DNA of 63,747 bases, counting the filler, from Octopus bimaculoides (lineage: Eukaryota): NCBI RefSeq assembly GCF_001194135.2. It is 8 parts of 7 records of this genome, joined end to end, with 100 filler letters (N's around TTAATTAATTAA, not from the genome) between each part and the next. Parts side by side here need not be neighbours in the genome. Positions count along the whole stretch, not along the records: positions 44,620 to 47,322 come from NC_069009.1; positions 47,423 to 55,006 come from NC_068994.1; positions 55,107 to 58,100 come from NC_068981.1; positions 58,201 to 60,376 come from NW_026348122.1; 4 more parts are not named here. One strand, written 5' to 3'. The translations under genes were made by a program, and so were the position numbers. Of this stretch, positions 45,490 to 58,339 are shown one piece after another. The notes below the pieces were generated by a model. That model did no database searches and was not told the DNA's origin. It was given only the letters and a program-made list of their open reading frames with translations. Numbering within the stretch: the first letter of the stretch is position 1; every line of letters starts with the position of its first letter.

Positions 45490-47170
45490 AACAAGAGTGG
45501 ATTTTATGTAGATGGATGAATCTTCTCAAGCATAGTGAATTGCTAATCTTCTCAGTCCTTTGTCATCTCTTTTGTGGGGTTCAACATCTGGTGGTCATCT
45601 TTCACCATCCCATGTCTTCCTGGGTTTTCTTCTTTCACAGGTTCCATCCTTATTTAGGGTTTGGTACTTCCTTTAGCAGCTATCCTCATCCATGCACATC
45701 ACATGACCATACTAGCATAGACTTCTCTCTCGCACATTTCATCTGATGCAATTTCATACTTCTATAAATACTTCTCTCTAAGGCATCTCCTTTACCATTG
45801 TAACAGCTGATTATAAGGCTGCTACACCAGCCACTTGGATATGATACCTTCCTGGACAACTTAATTAATGGGTGACTAGGCCATATCTCACTTTGCTAGA
45901 TATTCTAGTTATTTCAACAGTTATTCCTGGTGGATTAGAAACTTACCCTGTTTTTATATTCTTAGTTACTTTAACTATCATGCTACTGTCAATTTGGATA
46001 GTTGATCCCAATGTTGGGTCCACATTAGAAAGACTCTGCTTCTCCCATGCATTCTCCACATTTAGTAGCTTTTCTTAGTGGAAGTTCCGTGTCTCTTTCT
46101 TTCCAGAATCACAAAGTGTATGGATACTGCTATCCACCTGTACACATTCCTCTCCCAGGCCATCATGATTTTCTCTAAAATACTGTCATGTAATTTGGAA
46201 TCTAATGCCTCTGGTTCCCACACCTCAGAACATTGGCAAACCTCTTCCTTTCTGCTTCTCTCCTGACTAGATAGACCTGTCATCTACCTTCTCTTTTAGC
46301 CACCCAGTATATGACTCTGTCAGCTTCACTCTTCTACCATCATGTTACCATTGGTCTGTCTGGAACTTTACACCAGACACAGATTTGGTCCATTGCTCTC
46401 AAAAGGTTTTCCTGAAAGAACTTAAGTCTTTCTCCCCACTCTCCCTTTGTCATTAAATGCTTCAACTAGTACTTTTCTAAATTTCTGACTGTTCACTGAA
46501 TATAAAGGCTTCCATAAGTTTCTTTTCTAGGTTGGTTTGCATCTCTGTGTCCTTTTGTCTGTAGTCTCTAATCCTATTTCCAGTGAGAACGAGTGTTCTG
46601 CAGATTGATAGGTGATCAAGTGACCAGCTTTTGGAGTTTGTGTTGCAGACCGTCAGATCATTTGCACCACAGAACCCTAAAAGCTTTGTTCCCTCCTCAT
46701 TTCTAGGATCAAAGCCATAGTCTACATGTACACCATGGAATCCATTGGATTGCTGTCTATTGAAGTCTCCACTTACAAAGATAAGGTTGCTGTCATTTGC
46801 GACTGATGTAATCTGAGAAAAGGGCCTCATAAAAATATTTCTTTGTTCATCTGCCAATCCTGATTGAAGAGCATATGCAGAGATAAATGTGTGCTGCTGT
46901 ATTTTGCAAGACTTGTTGAAGTTTAATTATTCTGTTACACACTCTGACTATCTTCATTACCGTATCTGTGCATTTCTCTGCCAAAAGTATGCCTACACAT
47001 CCCACACCACCACTACTGCTTACCCAGAAGAATTTACATCTTTGTTCTTTGCCCATGAGAATTCTGATTGAGGCTTCCCTCTGTCTTCTTTTTTGCATTC
47101 AGTACACATCTACATGCCTTTATTCTAGCATTTCAACAATCTCACCTGACCTACATTTCAGTGTATAACC
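45490..47170 (-). mobile_element. RTE-clade LINE remnant with most of the RT core deleted
   Basis: APE endonuclease motifs GVGCVGILLAEK...VRVCNRII, IFVSGDFN, RNEEGTKLLGFC; RT N-terminal EKLLNVEN...GDALERSIYRSMKL followed directly by C-terminal RSLC*YGHVMCMDEDS...RKPRKTWD. Confidence 0.82.
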
Positions 47171-47277
47171 CCACCACCACCACCATCACCACCACAGATT
47201 TTTCAAAGTAGTGCCTCAGTATGGCCACAGTCTAATGAGTGAAACAAGTAAAAAAATAAAAGATGTGTGTGTGTATG

Positions 47278-47322
<45 letters not shown>

Positions 47323-47559
47323 NNNNNNNNNNNNNNNNNNNNNNNNNNNNNNNNNNNNNNNNNNNNTTAATTAATTAANNNNNNNNNNNNNNNNNNNNNN
47401 NNNNNNNNNNNNNNNNNNNNNNAGTTCAAGTCACAGCAACAAAATTCCGGCCACTCAGTAATCCTGGCCTACAGGTATTCAAATAAGGTATTCCAGTAAA
47501 GGTAATCCAAGGCCACAGCAACAGGAACACATAAAAAATCCTTCACAAATTGTTAGAAT

Positions 47560-47990
47560 TTTTCGCAAGTTTTTCGGAGGCGAGATACGCCCACAAAAAC
47601 AACAGTTCTCGCAATTAAGTGAGACACAAAAAGCTTTTTACAAAAAATTCTCAGTCCGCCGTCATGGTGAGTCGAACACGCCCACTAATAACGACGAACG
47701 AGAAACACAATTTGTTCACTAAAATGAGCAGCAACTACAGTCGCCGTGGCAGAAGAAATTGCCCAGAGCTTAAGCTGAATTTACTGAAACAAATGAAATA
47801 CAATAAATTATACCTAGCTCAAAAAAACAAAACAATTCCACCTACCTCGGCTGGCTTCTCAATAGTTCATTATTGGACGGAATTGAAAAACATCCATCCA
47901 CTCTGTTCCTCGTGTCTACCGGAAGTAGCCAACGCGCAAAATCGGAAGCAAGTTACTTACCACACAGCCACTCCTACGCCTATATAAAAA
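47560..47990. promoter_or_regulatory. CpG-rich promoter-like island with ETS motif and two candidate first exons
   Basis: CCGGAAGT at 47919-47926; minus-strand donor GAG|GTAGGT at 47845; plus-strand gccgtcATG|GTGAGT at 47664-47672. Confidence 0.45.
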
Positions 47991-48319
47991 AAATTGTCGA
48001 AATATTTTGTGTATTGTAAAAGTATAAGCAATTTTTGTCACATAAACTTCAACAGAATCTTATATGGACCCTCAGGGGCTACATGGACGCCCAAGATCCA
48101 TATGGACCATCAACGGTCATGTGAACTCCGGTTGAGGACCACTGACTTATAGTGTAAAGGACCAAGTACTCCACAAACACGTATACCCTTCGCCTGATAC
48201 CCTGAGACAAAGTATTTGAATTACAAGTGCAATATATCTGATTGTTTCCTGTAAGCTTTGTTTCGGCTCAGTTTCATTTCCAAAATGTGGGTTGGCGGGA
48301 GATTATGGTAAAAGACATC

Positions 48320-48742
48320 TGCCACTAGCACCAACACCACCAATACCACAAACACCAACATCATCATCAACAACGACAACACCGCTACTACCTCCATACC
48401 ACAACCATCACTACCACCACCAACCACTACCAGCACGATAACCAACACTCTCACTAACATGATCAGTAAAAAAAAAATCATCAAAAACTCCAATACCAAC
48501 AAAACCACTAGCACCACTACCATCACTGCCACCATCAACAACGGCACCACAGCCACAACAACCACAACCACCACCACCACCATAACTACCACGATTATCA
48601 CATCCGTCACCACCACCACCACAACAACAAACACCACAACAAACACCGCCACAACAACAGCAACAACAATAACCACAACAGCCACCACCTCCACAACAAC
48701 AGGAACAACCACCACAACCACCACCACCACCACCACCACCAT
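48320..48742. repeat. Compound (ACC)/(ACA) trinucleotide low-complexity tract
   Basis: Directly visible. Confidence 0.85.
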
Positions 48743-49534
48743 CTGTTATCAATCCCATTAATAAAAATCCGAAGATTTGANNNNNNNNNNNNNNNNNNNN
48801 NNNNNNNNNNNNNNNNNNNNNNNNNNNNNNNNNNNNNNNNNNNNNNNNNNNNNNNNNNNNNNNNNNNNNNNNNNNNNNNNNNNNNNNNNNNNNNNNNNNN
48901 NNNNNNNNNNNNNNNNNNNNNNNNNNNNNNNNNNNNNNNNNNNNNNNNNNNNNNNNNNNNNNNNNNNNNNNNNNNNNNNNNNNNNNNNNNNNNNNNNNNN
49001 NNNNNNNNNNNNNNNNNNNNNNNNNNNNNNNNNNNNNNNNNNNNNNNNNNNNNNNNNNNNNNNNNNNNNNNNNNNNNNNNNNNNNNNNNNNNNNNNNNNN
49101 NNNNNNNNNNNNNNNNNNNNNNNNNNNNNNNNNNNNNNNNNNNNNNNNNNNNNNNNNNNNNNNNNNNNNNNNNNNNNNNNNNNNNNNNNNNNNNNNNNNN
49201 NNNNNNNNNNNNNNNNNNNNNNNNNNNNNNNNNNNNNNNNNNNNNNNNNNNNNNNNNNNNNNNNNNNNNNNNNNNNNNNNNNNNNNNNNNNNNNNNNNNN
49301 NNNNNNNNNNNNNNNNNNNNNNNNNNNNNNNNNNNNNNNNNNNNNNNNNNNNNNNNNNNNNNNNNNNNNNNNNNNNNNNNNNNNNNNNNNNNNNNNNNNN
49401 NNNNNNNNNNNNNNNNNNNNNNNNNNNNNNNNNNNNNNNNNNNNNNNNNNNNNNNNNNNNNNNNNNNNNNNNNNNNNNNNNNNNNNNNNNNNNNNNNNNN
49501 NNNNNNNNNNNNNNNNNNNNNNNNNNNNNNNNNN

Positions 49535-49598
<64 letters not shown>

Positions 49599-50219
49599 TT
49601 ATACTATTTTACATTGAGATTGTTAACATTAACAATACTCAAAAACACGCTAGAATCGAAGTGCTCAAATTGAGCTAAGTTCCAATTTATAATTTGAGTG
49701 GAGGCAATACGAGCGGAAAACTAGAGGGACATGACCCATTATCCAGCAGAATATCCAATATATATGTGTACTTTCTACGACATTAATAAACCAATATAAG
49801 GTTCGAATTAATAGAAGTATTAAAAACACACAAGCATATAAACATATAAATATTTAAAAACACGCAAATATTTTAAAATATTTAAAAATATTTATAAATA
49901 CATAGGCATTTCTAAAAATATATAAATACATAAATAGATACATAAATAGATATAAAAAATGATATAAGAAGACAGTGAATTATAAATTCACACGATATAA
50001 CATAAAGGAATAAAAATTTACAAGTTACAACACAAGCATATAAAATATTTAAAAACGCGTAGATATTTAAAAATATTTATAAATACGTAGGCATTTTAAA
50101 AATAGAAAACGTCGATATGATACAGGACATAGTGAATTATAAGAAAGCACTACACCTCCCGGTCAAGGAATTGAAACCACGGTCTTGTGATTGTTACTGC
50201 AACACCCTAACCACTTTAG

Positions 50220-51049
50220 AGCTCGATTAGCACGTCCTGCAAACCCTGATGAAACAAAATCCTATCGTAACTGTTGAGGAACTAGTAGAGAAGCTTGGAT
50301 TTGGTTATTCAGCCACTCATCGGCACCTGCGTACCATTGGAAAAGTCAGCAAATTATGTCAATGGATTCCTCACAAACTTTCTGAATCTAATCACGCGCA
50401 GAGACTGAATGTGTGGTCTTCTTTGCTGTCATGTCTCACGAATTAACCTTTTTTGGACAGAATAGTGGACTGGTGACAAGAAATGGGTTCTCTATAAAAA
50501 TGTCAAGCTCTGAAGACAGTAGGTAGGGAAAGGAGAAACACCGGCACCTCAAGTTAAAGAGGGTCTCCACCTACGTAAGGTGTTATTATCTGTTTGGTGG
50601 GATATGGAAGGTTTAGTCCACATTGAACTTTTAAACCCAAACCAAATGATAACAAAGGAGATCTACTGCGAGCAGCTTGAGCGGCTTAAGTCAGCGATAG
50701 AAGAAAAACGACTATCTTTGACTTCAAGACGAAAGGTGTTCTTCCATCAGGATAATACTCGGCCACATACAGCGAGGATGATATTCCAAACGCTGGAGCA
50801 GATCGAATGGGGAACGATGCTCCACCCACCATGTTCGCCGGACATTGCTCCATCTGATTATCATTTTTTCCCGCAGACTTCAAAATCATTTGGACGGAAA
50901 AAAATATGAATTCTGTAGACGAGGTCAGAACAGTACTGGAGGAGTATTTTTCCTCACGGACAAGTGAATTTTGGAGGAGGGGCCTTGCAAGTCTACCAGA
51001 TAGATGGAAGGACATTGTAGAAAATGAAAGGGAGAATATTTTAGACTAA
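50220..51049 (+). pseudogene. Mariner DD34D transposase pseudogene (5'-truncated)
   Basis: WIPHKL, IV-TGDKKW, FHQDNTRPH and SPDIAPSDYHFF with exactly 34 residues between the 2nd and 3rd Asp; ends GEYILD*-like; stops and frameshifts; a SINE head at 50150-50217 replaces the 5' part. Confidence 0.9.
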
Positions 51050-51240
51050 AAAAGAACTTTGTTTACCTTAATTTTGAAAAATATCGGTCCGATTCCAGAA
51101 TAACGAATTTTAAAATCTTCTGTTGGCTTGCTTTCCTCGTTCCAAACACGCTGTGTATTTATAATAAAAAATATTGTATATGGTTAGACGATCTAATGGT
51201 CTATTTTTCAGCATATTGGCAAAGAATTTTTTTCCTTTTC

Positions 51241-51299
<59 letters not shown>

Positions 51300-52883
51300 T
51301 ACAGAGGAAGAGAATGAAAGGAGAGAAAGTAGAGAAATATTTATAAAGACAGATAGAAAACACAGACAGATAGATATTTTGATGGTTATCAAGAAACGAG
51401 GGCCATGCATACATTCAAGTAGACAAACGGAGAAAGTTATCAATATTTTGATAGACAAATATATAGATAGATCGTTATATAAATAAATAGTAAGATATAT
51501 AGACAGGCCGATAGGTAGCTAGATGGATAGGCCTCCACCACTATCATAAATAGGCCTCCACCGCTATGAGAAACAGGCTTCCAGCGTTCACTCTGTGTGT
51601 TCCTGTCACCAAACGTGTTATGGAATTCATCTCTTTAACCCAACCTTGCCCTTAACTCCTTCCCAAAACGAATTATTACTTCTTAAGCCACTTCCGAAGT
51701 TACTCTTCCTCCTCACTAGTCCACACTTTCAACCTCCTTCCACCTCTTATCATTTCCACCACCGAATATCGATTCTTTGTAGAAGACACTGGAATATCTT
51801 GGAGAGTTTTCTTACTAAAAGCTATTTAACTCTATCGGAAACTCTTTTCTGTTTCTGTTTCTTTTTTTTTTTTTGTGTGGTAAATATTTGTGAAAATAAC
51901 AAACTTCCTTTTATGACTCCAAGTATGGCGTTATGAAGAGAGAGACATAGAGAGAGAGGGGGGGAAAGACAGAGGCAGAGGCAGAGACAGAGAGTGAGAG
52001 AGACAGACAGAGATAGAGATAGAGAGAGGAGGGGCAACACAGAAAGAGGGAGCGAGATTGATGGGATTCCACCGCTTCTTTTTTAAACATACATTCAACA
52101 ACAAACATGCATTTTCATTCTTCTTCTTCTTCTTCTTCTTCTTCTCATATTTGTCTTCTTTCTCTTATTTATTTCATTCCTTTATATCCTCTGCCCACCT
52201 CCCAATTTCTTTTCTTCTGTTCTCCATCCCACCCTTTTCCACCCCTCCTCACCAATCCTCCTCCTCCTCCTTCTTCTTTTTCTTCCGCATTGAGACGCCA
52301 TGCATTGCATTCTTGGGAATTTCTACTGTCCACTCTATAATTTTATCGCTTTCTCCGACAACCTCTGCATTTATTTATATTTTCATTTATTTATGTTATA
52401 TATTTACTCTGTCGTTCTTCTCGTTGTTGTTGTTGTTGTTGTGGCTGTTATTGTTATCATTGTTATTGTTGTTAATAAATATATCGACGTGGAAAATATC
52501 TTATCTGGCCTGCCACTAAAGACTTGTAAATAAATAGACAAGTGCATAAACTCCCCTTTTTTTCTCCGCTTTCCTGCCAACAAGACACAATAGTTTTGAT
52601 TATCTCTGGACAAACAGTCTGTATAACAGACATACACACATTCATGCCTATATATATATATATATATATATATCTATATATATATATATTCCCTCTTTTC
52701 TCTCACCCCTTCTTTAGCTCAATACTGCTTGGCTTTCTGCTCTATACCTGAGAGACTTTTTGGACTAGGAATGCTGCGAAGTAGTCTGTCTGATTCACTA
52801 CAATATAGCGATTCTTTCTGTAATATGAAATCTCGCCACATTTCTTCGACGCCATCTGACGACACGTAGGAAGAAAGAAGACG

Positions 52884-52941
<58 letters not shown>

Positions 52942-53586
52942 AATCACACACACACTGTCTCGCTTTCTCTCTCTAATCACACGCATTTTCTCTCATTCTT
53001 TTTCTTTCTCCGTTTCTCCCCCCTCCTCCCCCCCTCTCTCTCTCTCTCTCTCTTCGCAGTGGAGTTTGAGTGGAAAGTTTTCCAAATAAGAAACAAAGTT
53101 ATGTCGGTCAAGACCGAAAGGCAATCAGATAGATTAAGGAGATTTCATGTTTGTATGTGAGGAATAAAATGTTAGTATTTTCTCCCCATTGTATGATTAG
53201 AGAGATGTTTTTCAAAGCGAATTGCCGAACAATAAGACAGTGCAGATAATAGACAGTTGTCTACTCACAAAACACACTGGCAATTGTTCTCAAGTTCAAC
53301 GCCCAACGTACACTTCTCATCTAAATCATTCATAACTATCTTTCACAGCAATTTTGCTTCAATTAGATTTTCATCTAACTATTCACATATATATTTTTCT
53401 TGTTATCTATCTATTTTTCTGTCTTTTTATCTATCTATCTATCTTATGATCCAAATATCTATCATTCTATCTATCTATGTCTATATCTATCTATCTATCT
53501 ATGTCTATTTATCTATGTCTATATCTATCTATCTATCTATCTATGTCTATATCTATCTATCTATCTATCTATCTATGTCTAGATAG

Positions 53587-53617
<31 letters not shown>

Positions 53618-55207
53618 GATAGATAGATAGATACATACATACATACATACAAGTTGAGCGAAAGTATACGTACGCTGCTATATGTATATATAAATCTAAA
53701 AAACGGAACAAGGATGCAACAGACGACAACAAAACATCCGGACAGATGGACGATGCGAAGACAGGCAGGAAAAACAATAAAAAGACGGACTGGAGAAAAC
53801 AAGGACGGGTCATTCGCAGCCTCCTCTCGTCAGTCCAGTTACCAAATCATCCTTACAGTTTCGCAAACTTCCCTCTACCCTCTCCACTTCTCTCCTTTCC
53901 TTCCACGTGACCGGTGTTCAGCCAGGCATGATCTATCTTGGCTCGACTGCCGGCCGCGAAACATCTCTTATATTCCTGTCTCTTGACTTTCATCTCCTAT
54001 GTTCATTTCCTATGTTCCTGCCTCAAGGCTTTCGCTCTACATACGCCAGCTCAACTTGATTCGTCTTTGTTAGTCGAAAGACACCTGTTGTTAATTTCTT
54101 GTTGTTTGTATTTGTAATTGTGTAACATGTTCACCGTTTTTTTTGTCTTTGTTGTCGTACACATCCCCTTGCTTTCTCCCCCAAAATTTAATGCACTTAA
54201 CTCAGATTCTGATTTTGCTTTTCCCACATTTTCATATACGGATTGAACTATGAAAGAAACCCAACTGTTTCTTGCAAAACATACCAATACATACATCTAA
54301 AACAAAATCTTTTCAGGGGCTCTCAAAATAATGCCGTGGGTGCCCAATTTACTATTTTGCTAGCGTGGAGCCCCCAAAATCTTTTATGAACTGCGGTTGA
54401 GAACCACTGCATTAAACTGTTAAATTACTGATCGGGTCTTAAGACTCAAACTGTTTTCTGTTGTGTTCTAATCTTTACTCACGGGTAGGGTTTTAGAAAT
54501 GTTGTCAGTAGATGATTTCAATTTTGAACGGGAGTAAAGGGCTACCTACCCTTAGCGAAAAGGCTTCCTTAGTTCATTTGTATAAGGAGGAGGAGGAGGA
54601 GGAGATGTTTTAAGCAGACAGATATGATGGAGTCGATAAGATATGATATAACAAGTAGGAAGGTGTGGCTGTTGTATTCCTCTCGTTATCACTAGTTCCA
54701 ATTCACTTAACTGTAAATGGTTGCCACACACAAACACAAACGCATATGCACGCGCGCACGCACGCGCATACACACATGCACACACACTCGCATACTTACG
54801 CACGCACACACACACACATGTATACACACATACATTAACTCGCGCATATACGTGTATGTCTACGTATATATGTGTATATGTATATATATATGCATAGATA
54901 GATAGATAGATACATTTCTTTTATTAGCCACACAGGGCTCAACGAAGATGGGACAAATACAATGTAGAGCTTTTCTTTTTGGGAGGGGGAAGGAAGGAAA
55001 AAAAAANNNNNNNNNNNNNNNNNNNNNNNNNNNNNNNNNNNNNNNNNNNNTTAATTAATTAANNNNNNNNNNNNNNNNNNNNNNNNNNNNNNNNNNNNNN
55101 NNNNNNGTCAATTCAAATGCACAGTTCAAATAAATGGATAAAAATACACGAGAAGAAAACTAGCGTAAGTACATGCACAAGAAATGTATTGGCTTGAAGC
55201 TACGTTT

Positions 55208-55234
55208 GACGTTTCAAGCACAGCTCTTCATCTG
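55208..55234 (-). ncRNA. Degenerate minimal hammerhead-like motif (Penelope-like signature)
   Basis: Minus strand CAGAUGA-A-GAGC(ugu)GCUU-GAAA-CG-UC; core U4 changed to A. Confidence 0.3.
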
Positions 55235-57669
55235 AAATGAGAAAAGAAAAGTCCACAGAGGGAAAAGAAATCGCCAACAGCACATGAGCAGTTATATTAC
55301 TGATATATATGGCTGTGAGGTAAGAAGGCGCCGACGCAAATATATTACGGGCTTCTTTCGATTTTTACCACCCAAATTCTTCCCAAATCTCTTCGCAAGA
55401 CATTGGCAAACTCTATTTAAAAATGGAGAGGTAGGATTTGAAGAAAAACTTGAAAACGTTTTCCAAGTAAGTTATCTATGACTATGCTATGTATGTTTTC
55501 AGCGAGGACGTATACTTCATTATCCTCTTCCAATATACAAACGATGATAAATGATCATTCATGAAACTCTATAAAAAAAGCGTGATGTTAATCAAATATG
55601 TCATAAAGAAAAATTGTTTTCCTTGAAAACTATTTGTGAGTTTGGAGAACTGGAATTCTATTTATCAAATACTATCATGCAAACATTCACAGATATTCGC
55701 TCAGACATTCGCACGCGCATAAATACAAAGACAAATATATATGAGTCTATGAATTCATATGTATGTATGTATCTATGTATGTATGTATGTATGTATCTAT
55801 CTATCTATACATACATACATACATACATATATTTAATAATATCAAGGGTAATAAGATATATTAGAAATTTCTACTACCAGTGGCCTAGCGTGTAAAAATT
55901 TAGTCCATAGACTATATATTATTCATATAAATACAGTGTACATTTAAGCACATAAGAGGTATCCATCATAGTATTTCTGACACGCTAGAAAGGACAGCTA
56001 AGTTCCAAATAACTATTAGTGATAAAACTTCGAATGGAATGAAAAATAAGAACATTTACTATCTAGCTCGGTAGATTTGAAACATTAGAATGTATAATCA
56101 TGGGGCATATACTGGATTGCCTCGTATATATATGTTTAATCTGAAAGAGAGGTGAAAGGGAGGAGAGAAGTTGGAACAACAAGAAGGAACGGCAGGTGCG
56201 GGAAGTAGAATCATATATTTTATTTGTAGATGAAACTTCACAGGACTTTACTCTGATTTTCTCGATTTCTATATTCGAATAATAATGAAAATGGAAACAT
56301 AAATCTAATTATTTTAACAATATACAATAAATGTCTTTATAGAACAGTGAATGATGGCTTGTACAAGTGGGATAAAAAGGAAATATTATTGCAATCGTTG
56401 CTTGAAAATGAAGGGCATTTAACAGAATACATTGGTAGACATGTTAAATTTAGAAAGAATGATACAAGACATATATATCAAAATAAACTTTGGAATGTAA
56501 AATTTATATTCATAGCTTGTAAAAAGTATAAAGGTGCCGATGAATTAACTCCTGGGGGATAAACGATTTTAGAGATTTTTGAGGTGACACAAAATAGGAA
56601 TATTACGTCGTTACTCCGTCCATGGTTGGTTTGATTTGTCGAATTAAATGTATATTTTAGTCAGGTGAAAGCTCCATGCTCAAAAACCCTTACGCAGTGT
56701 TAGAGATTTCAAGGAGTGAAACAGGGAGAATATTTTCCTCAAACTGATGACCCAGCCGAAGTGTCTGCAACACACTGGGGGCTCAGCTAAAGACACGCAC
56801 GATAGCAGACGATAGTACTAATCTGATTGACTGATTATGTCTACTAGGCATACTGTCAAAATCAGAACGAATTGGGCTAAAACAAATACAGTAAGTTAAT
56901 CTACTACGGTAGATTGATATAATTAATACTATTTTTCTCGACCCTGAAAGATGAAATCCAGGGTCTACCACAGCAAAAAGGTAACATAAAATCTGTATTA
57001 AGACCGCGGAGAGTCATTAATAACTGCAAAATACGAATTTCGGAGAGAGCCCGCAGGACATTGATCTTAGGTTGTTCATTATAATAACAGTTGAAGTGAA
57101 ATAATATGCAAAACTTCACATTTAAACAACACTTGGGATGCATATCTAATCGAAGACTATGTGTATACATGCATCGCATGGCCTGGATTAGGCCAATTAA
57201 TTTTATATGCCCAAGACCTTCTTTCATCTATAAATGAAATGTTTGTATTTCATCGTAGCTATAAAAGATATAAGAAACTGTGAACTTCTATATAAGAAGT
57301 ATAGAAATTATATCTCCAGAATACAAATCATCACAAAGACCTAATGCCAAAAATTCACCCAGGATTTCCTACCGTCGGAGCAAGATTAAGTAGAGACAAA
57401 CTACTTGTCTAGCGCAACATGAACGATTGTGAATTAGGCAGATGATGCAAAGACGTCAAAAGTGTAATCAGATAAATAGGTATAACAATTACAGTTGATA
57501 AGGCAGATCAAAGTGATAAATAGAAGTGCCTTATAATGGCTTGACCCAAAATTGCTTTAGTTCGCAGTTTTATCATCTCCTCCACCATCATCACTACAAG
57601 AACTGAAAACTATATATATATATATATATATTTATACACGCACACACATACATAAGAATTTATATATTT

Positions 57670-57885
57670 CATTTTCAAAATTTTGTACAAGCCCAGCAAA
57701 TTCGGGAAAGGAGTTACGCGCATTATATCCACCACAGTGCTCAACTAGTTATTTTATCAACCCAGAAGGAGGAAATAGAAAGTCTACCTCGGCGGAATTT
57801 GAACGCAGAACGTAAAGACGGACGAAATGCCGCTAAACATATCCTTTGCCCGGTCTGGTAACGATTTTTCCAGCTTGTTGCCTTA
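57670..57885 (-). mobile_element. SINE family B (CpGs retained)
   Basis: ttttgtacaagcccagcaaattcggg...ctacctcggcggaatttgaacgcagaacgtaaagacggacgaaatgccgctaa...ccagcttgttgcc. Confidence 0.8.
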
Positions 57886-58339
57886 CACGCTGTATTCATA
57901 TAACAAAAAGAAATTATGACGTACGAAATACAATGTTTAATGCGATGTTATTTACATACGAATATTGAGTTATGTATTTTAGTCATGTATTCTATGCTGT
58001 ATATTTTGCATTCATGCAAGTATCTCTACCGATACACATACATACATACATACATATATGCATACATACATACATACATACATACATACATACATACATA
58101 NNNNNNNNNNNNNNNNNNNNNNNNNNNNNNNNNNNNNNNNNNNNTTAATTAATTAANNNNNNNNNNNNNNNNNNNNNNNNNNNNNNNNNNNNNNNNNNNN
58201 ATCGATTCCATTGCTTGGATTTCATTACTGAAGAAGCTTTATTTAATTGCGTTGGTAAAAGTAAGTCAGCGACATCTGACATGTTATCATCACTGCAACC
58301 AAGTGTTCGATCATGGTGGAGAAGTGATCATATTCAGAG

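Noticed and set aside
48221-48761. Poly-Thr, poly-Val and Gly/Cys-rich ORFs
   Set aside because: Translations of an (ACC)/(ACA) low-complexity tract without splice or domain support.
53854-54085. CpG-rich minus-strand segment ending in |gtaagg, considered as the cadherin first exon
   Set aside because: The only ATG frame open to the donor (MKVKRQEY...) has no signal-peptide character.
54311-54409. Small hAT-like MITE (caggggctctcaaa...ggttgagaaccactg)
   Set aside because: Left TIR is degenerate and there is no matching 8-bp TSD; the similar right end near 48130-48145 also lacks a visible partner.
55284-55481. 65-aa plus-strand ORF ending at a CAA|gtaagt donor
   Set aside because: Overlaps a reverse SINE family A fragment (gaaagaagcccgt) and has no recognisable domain.
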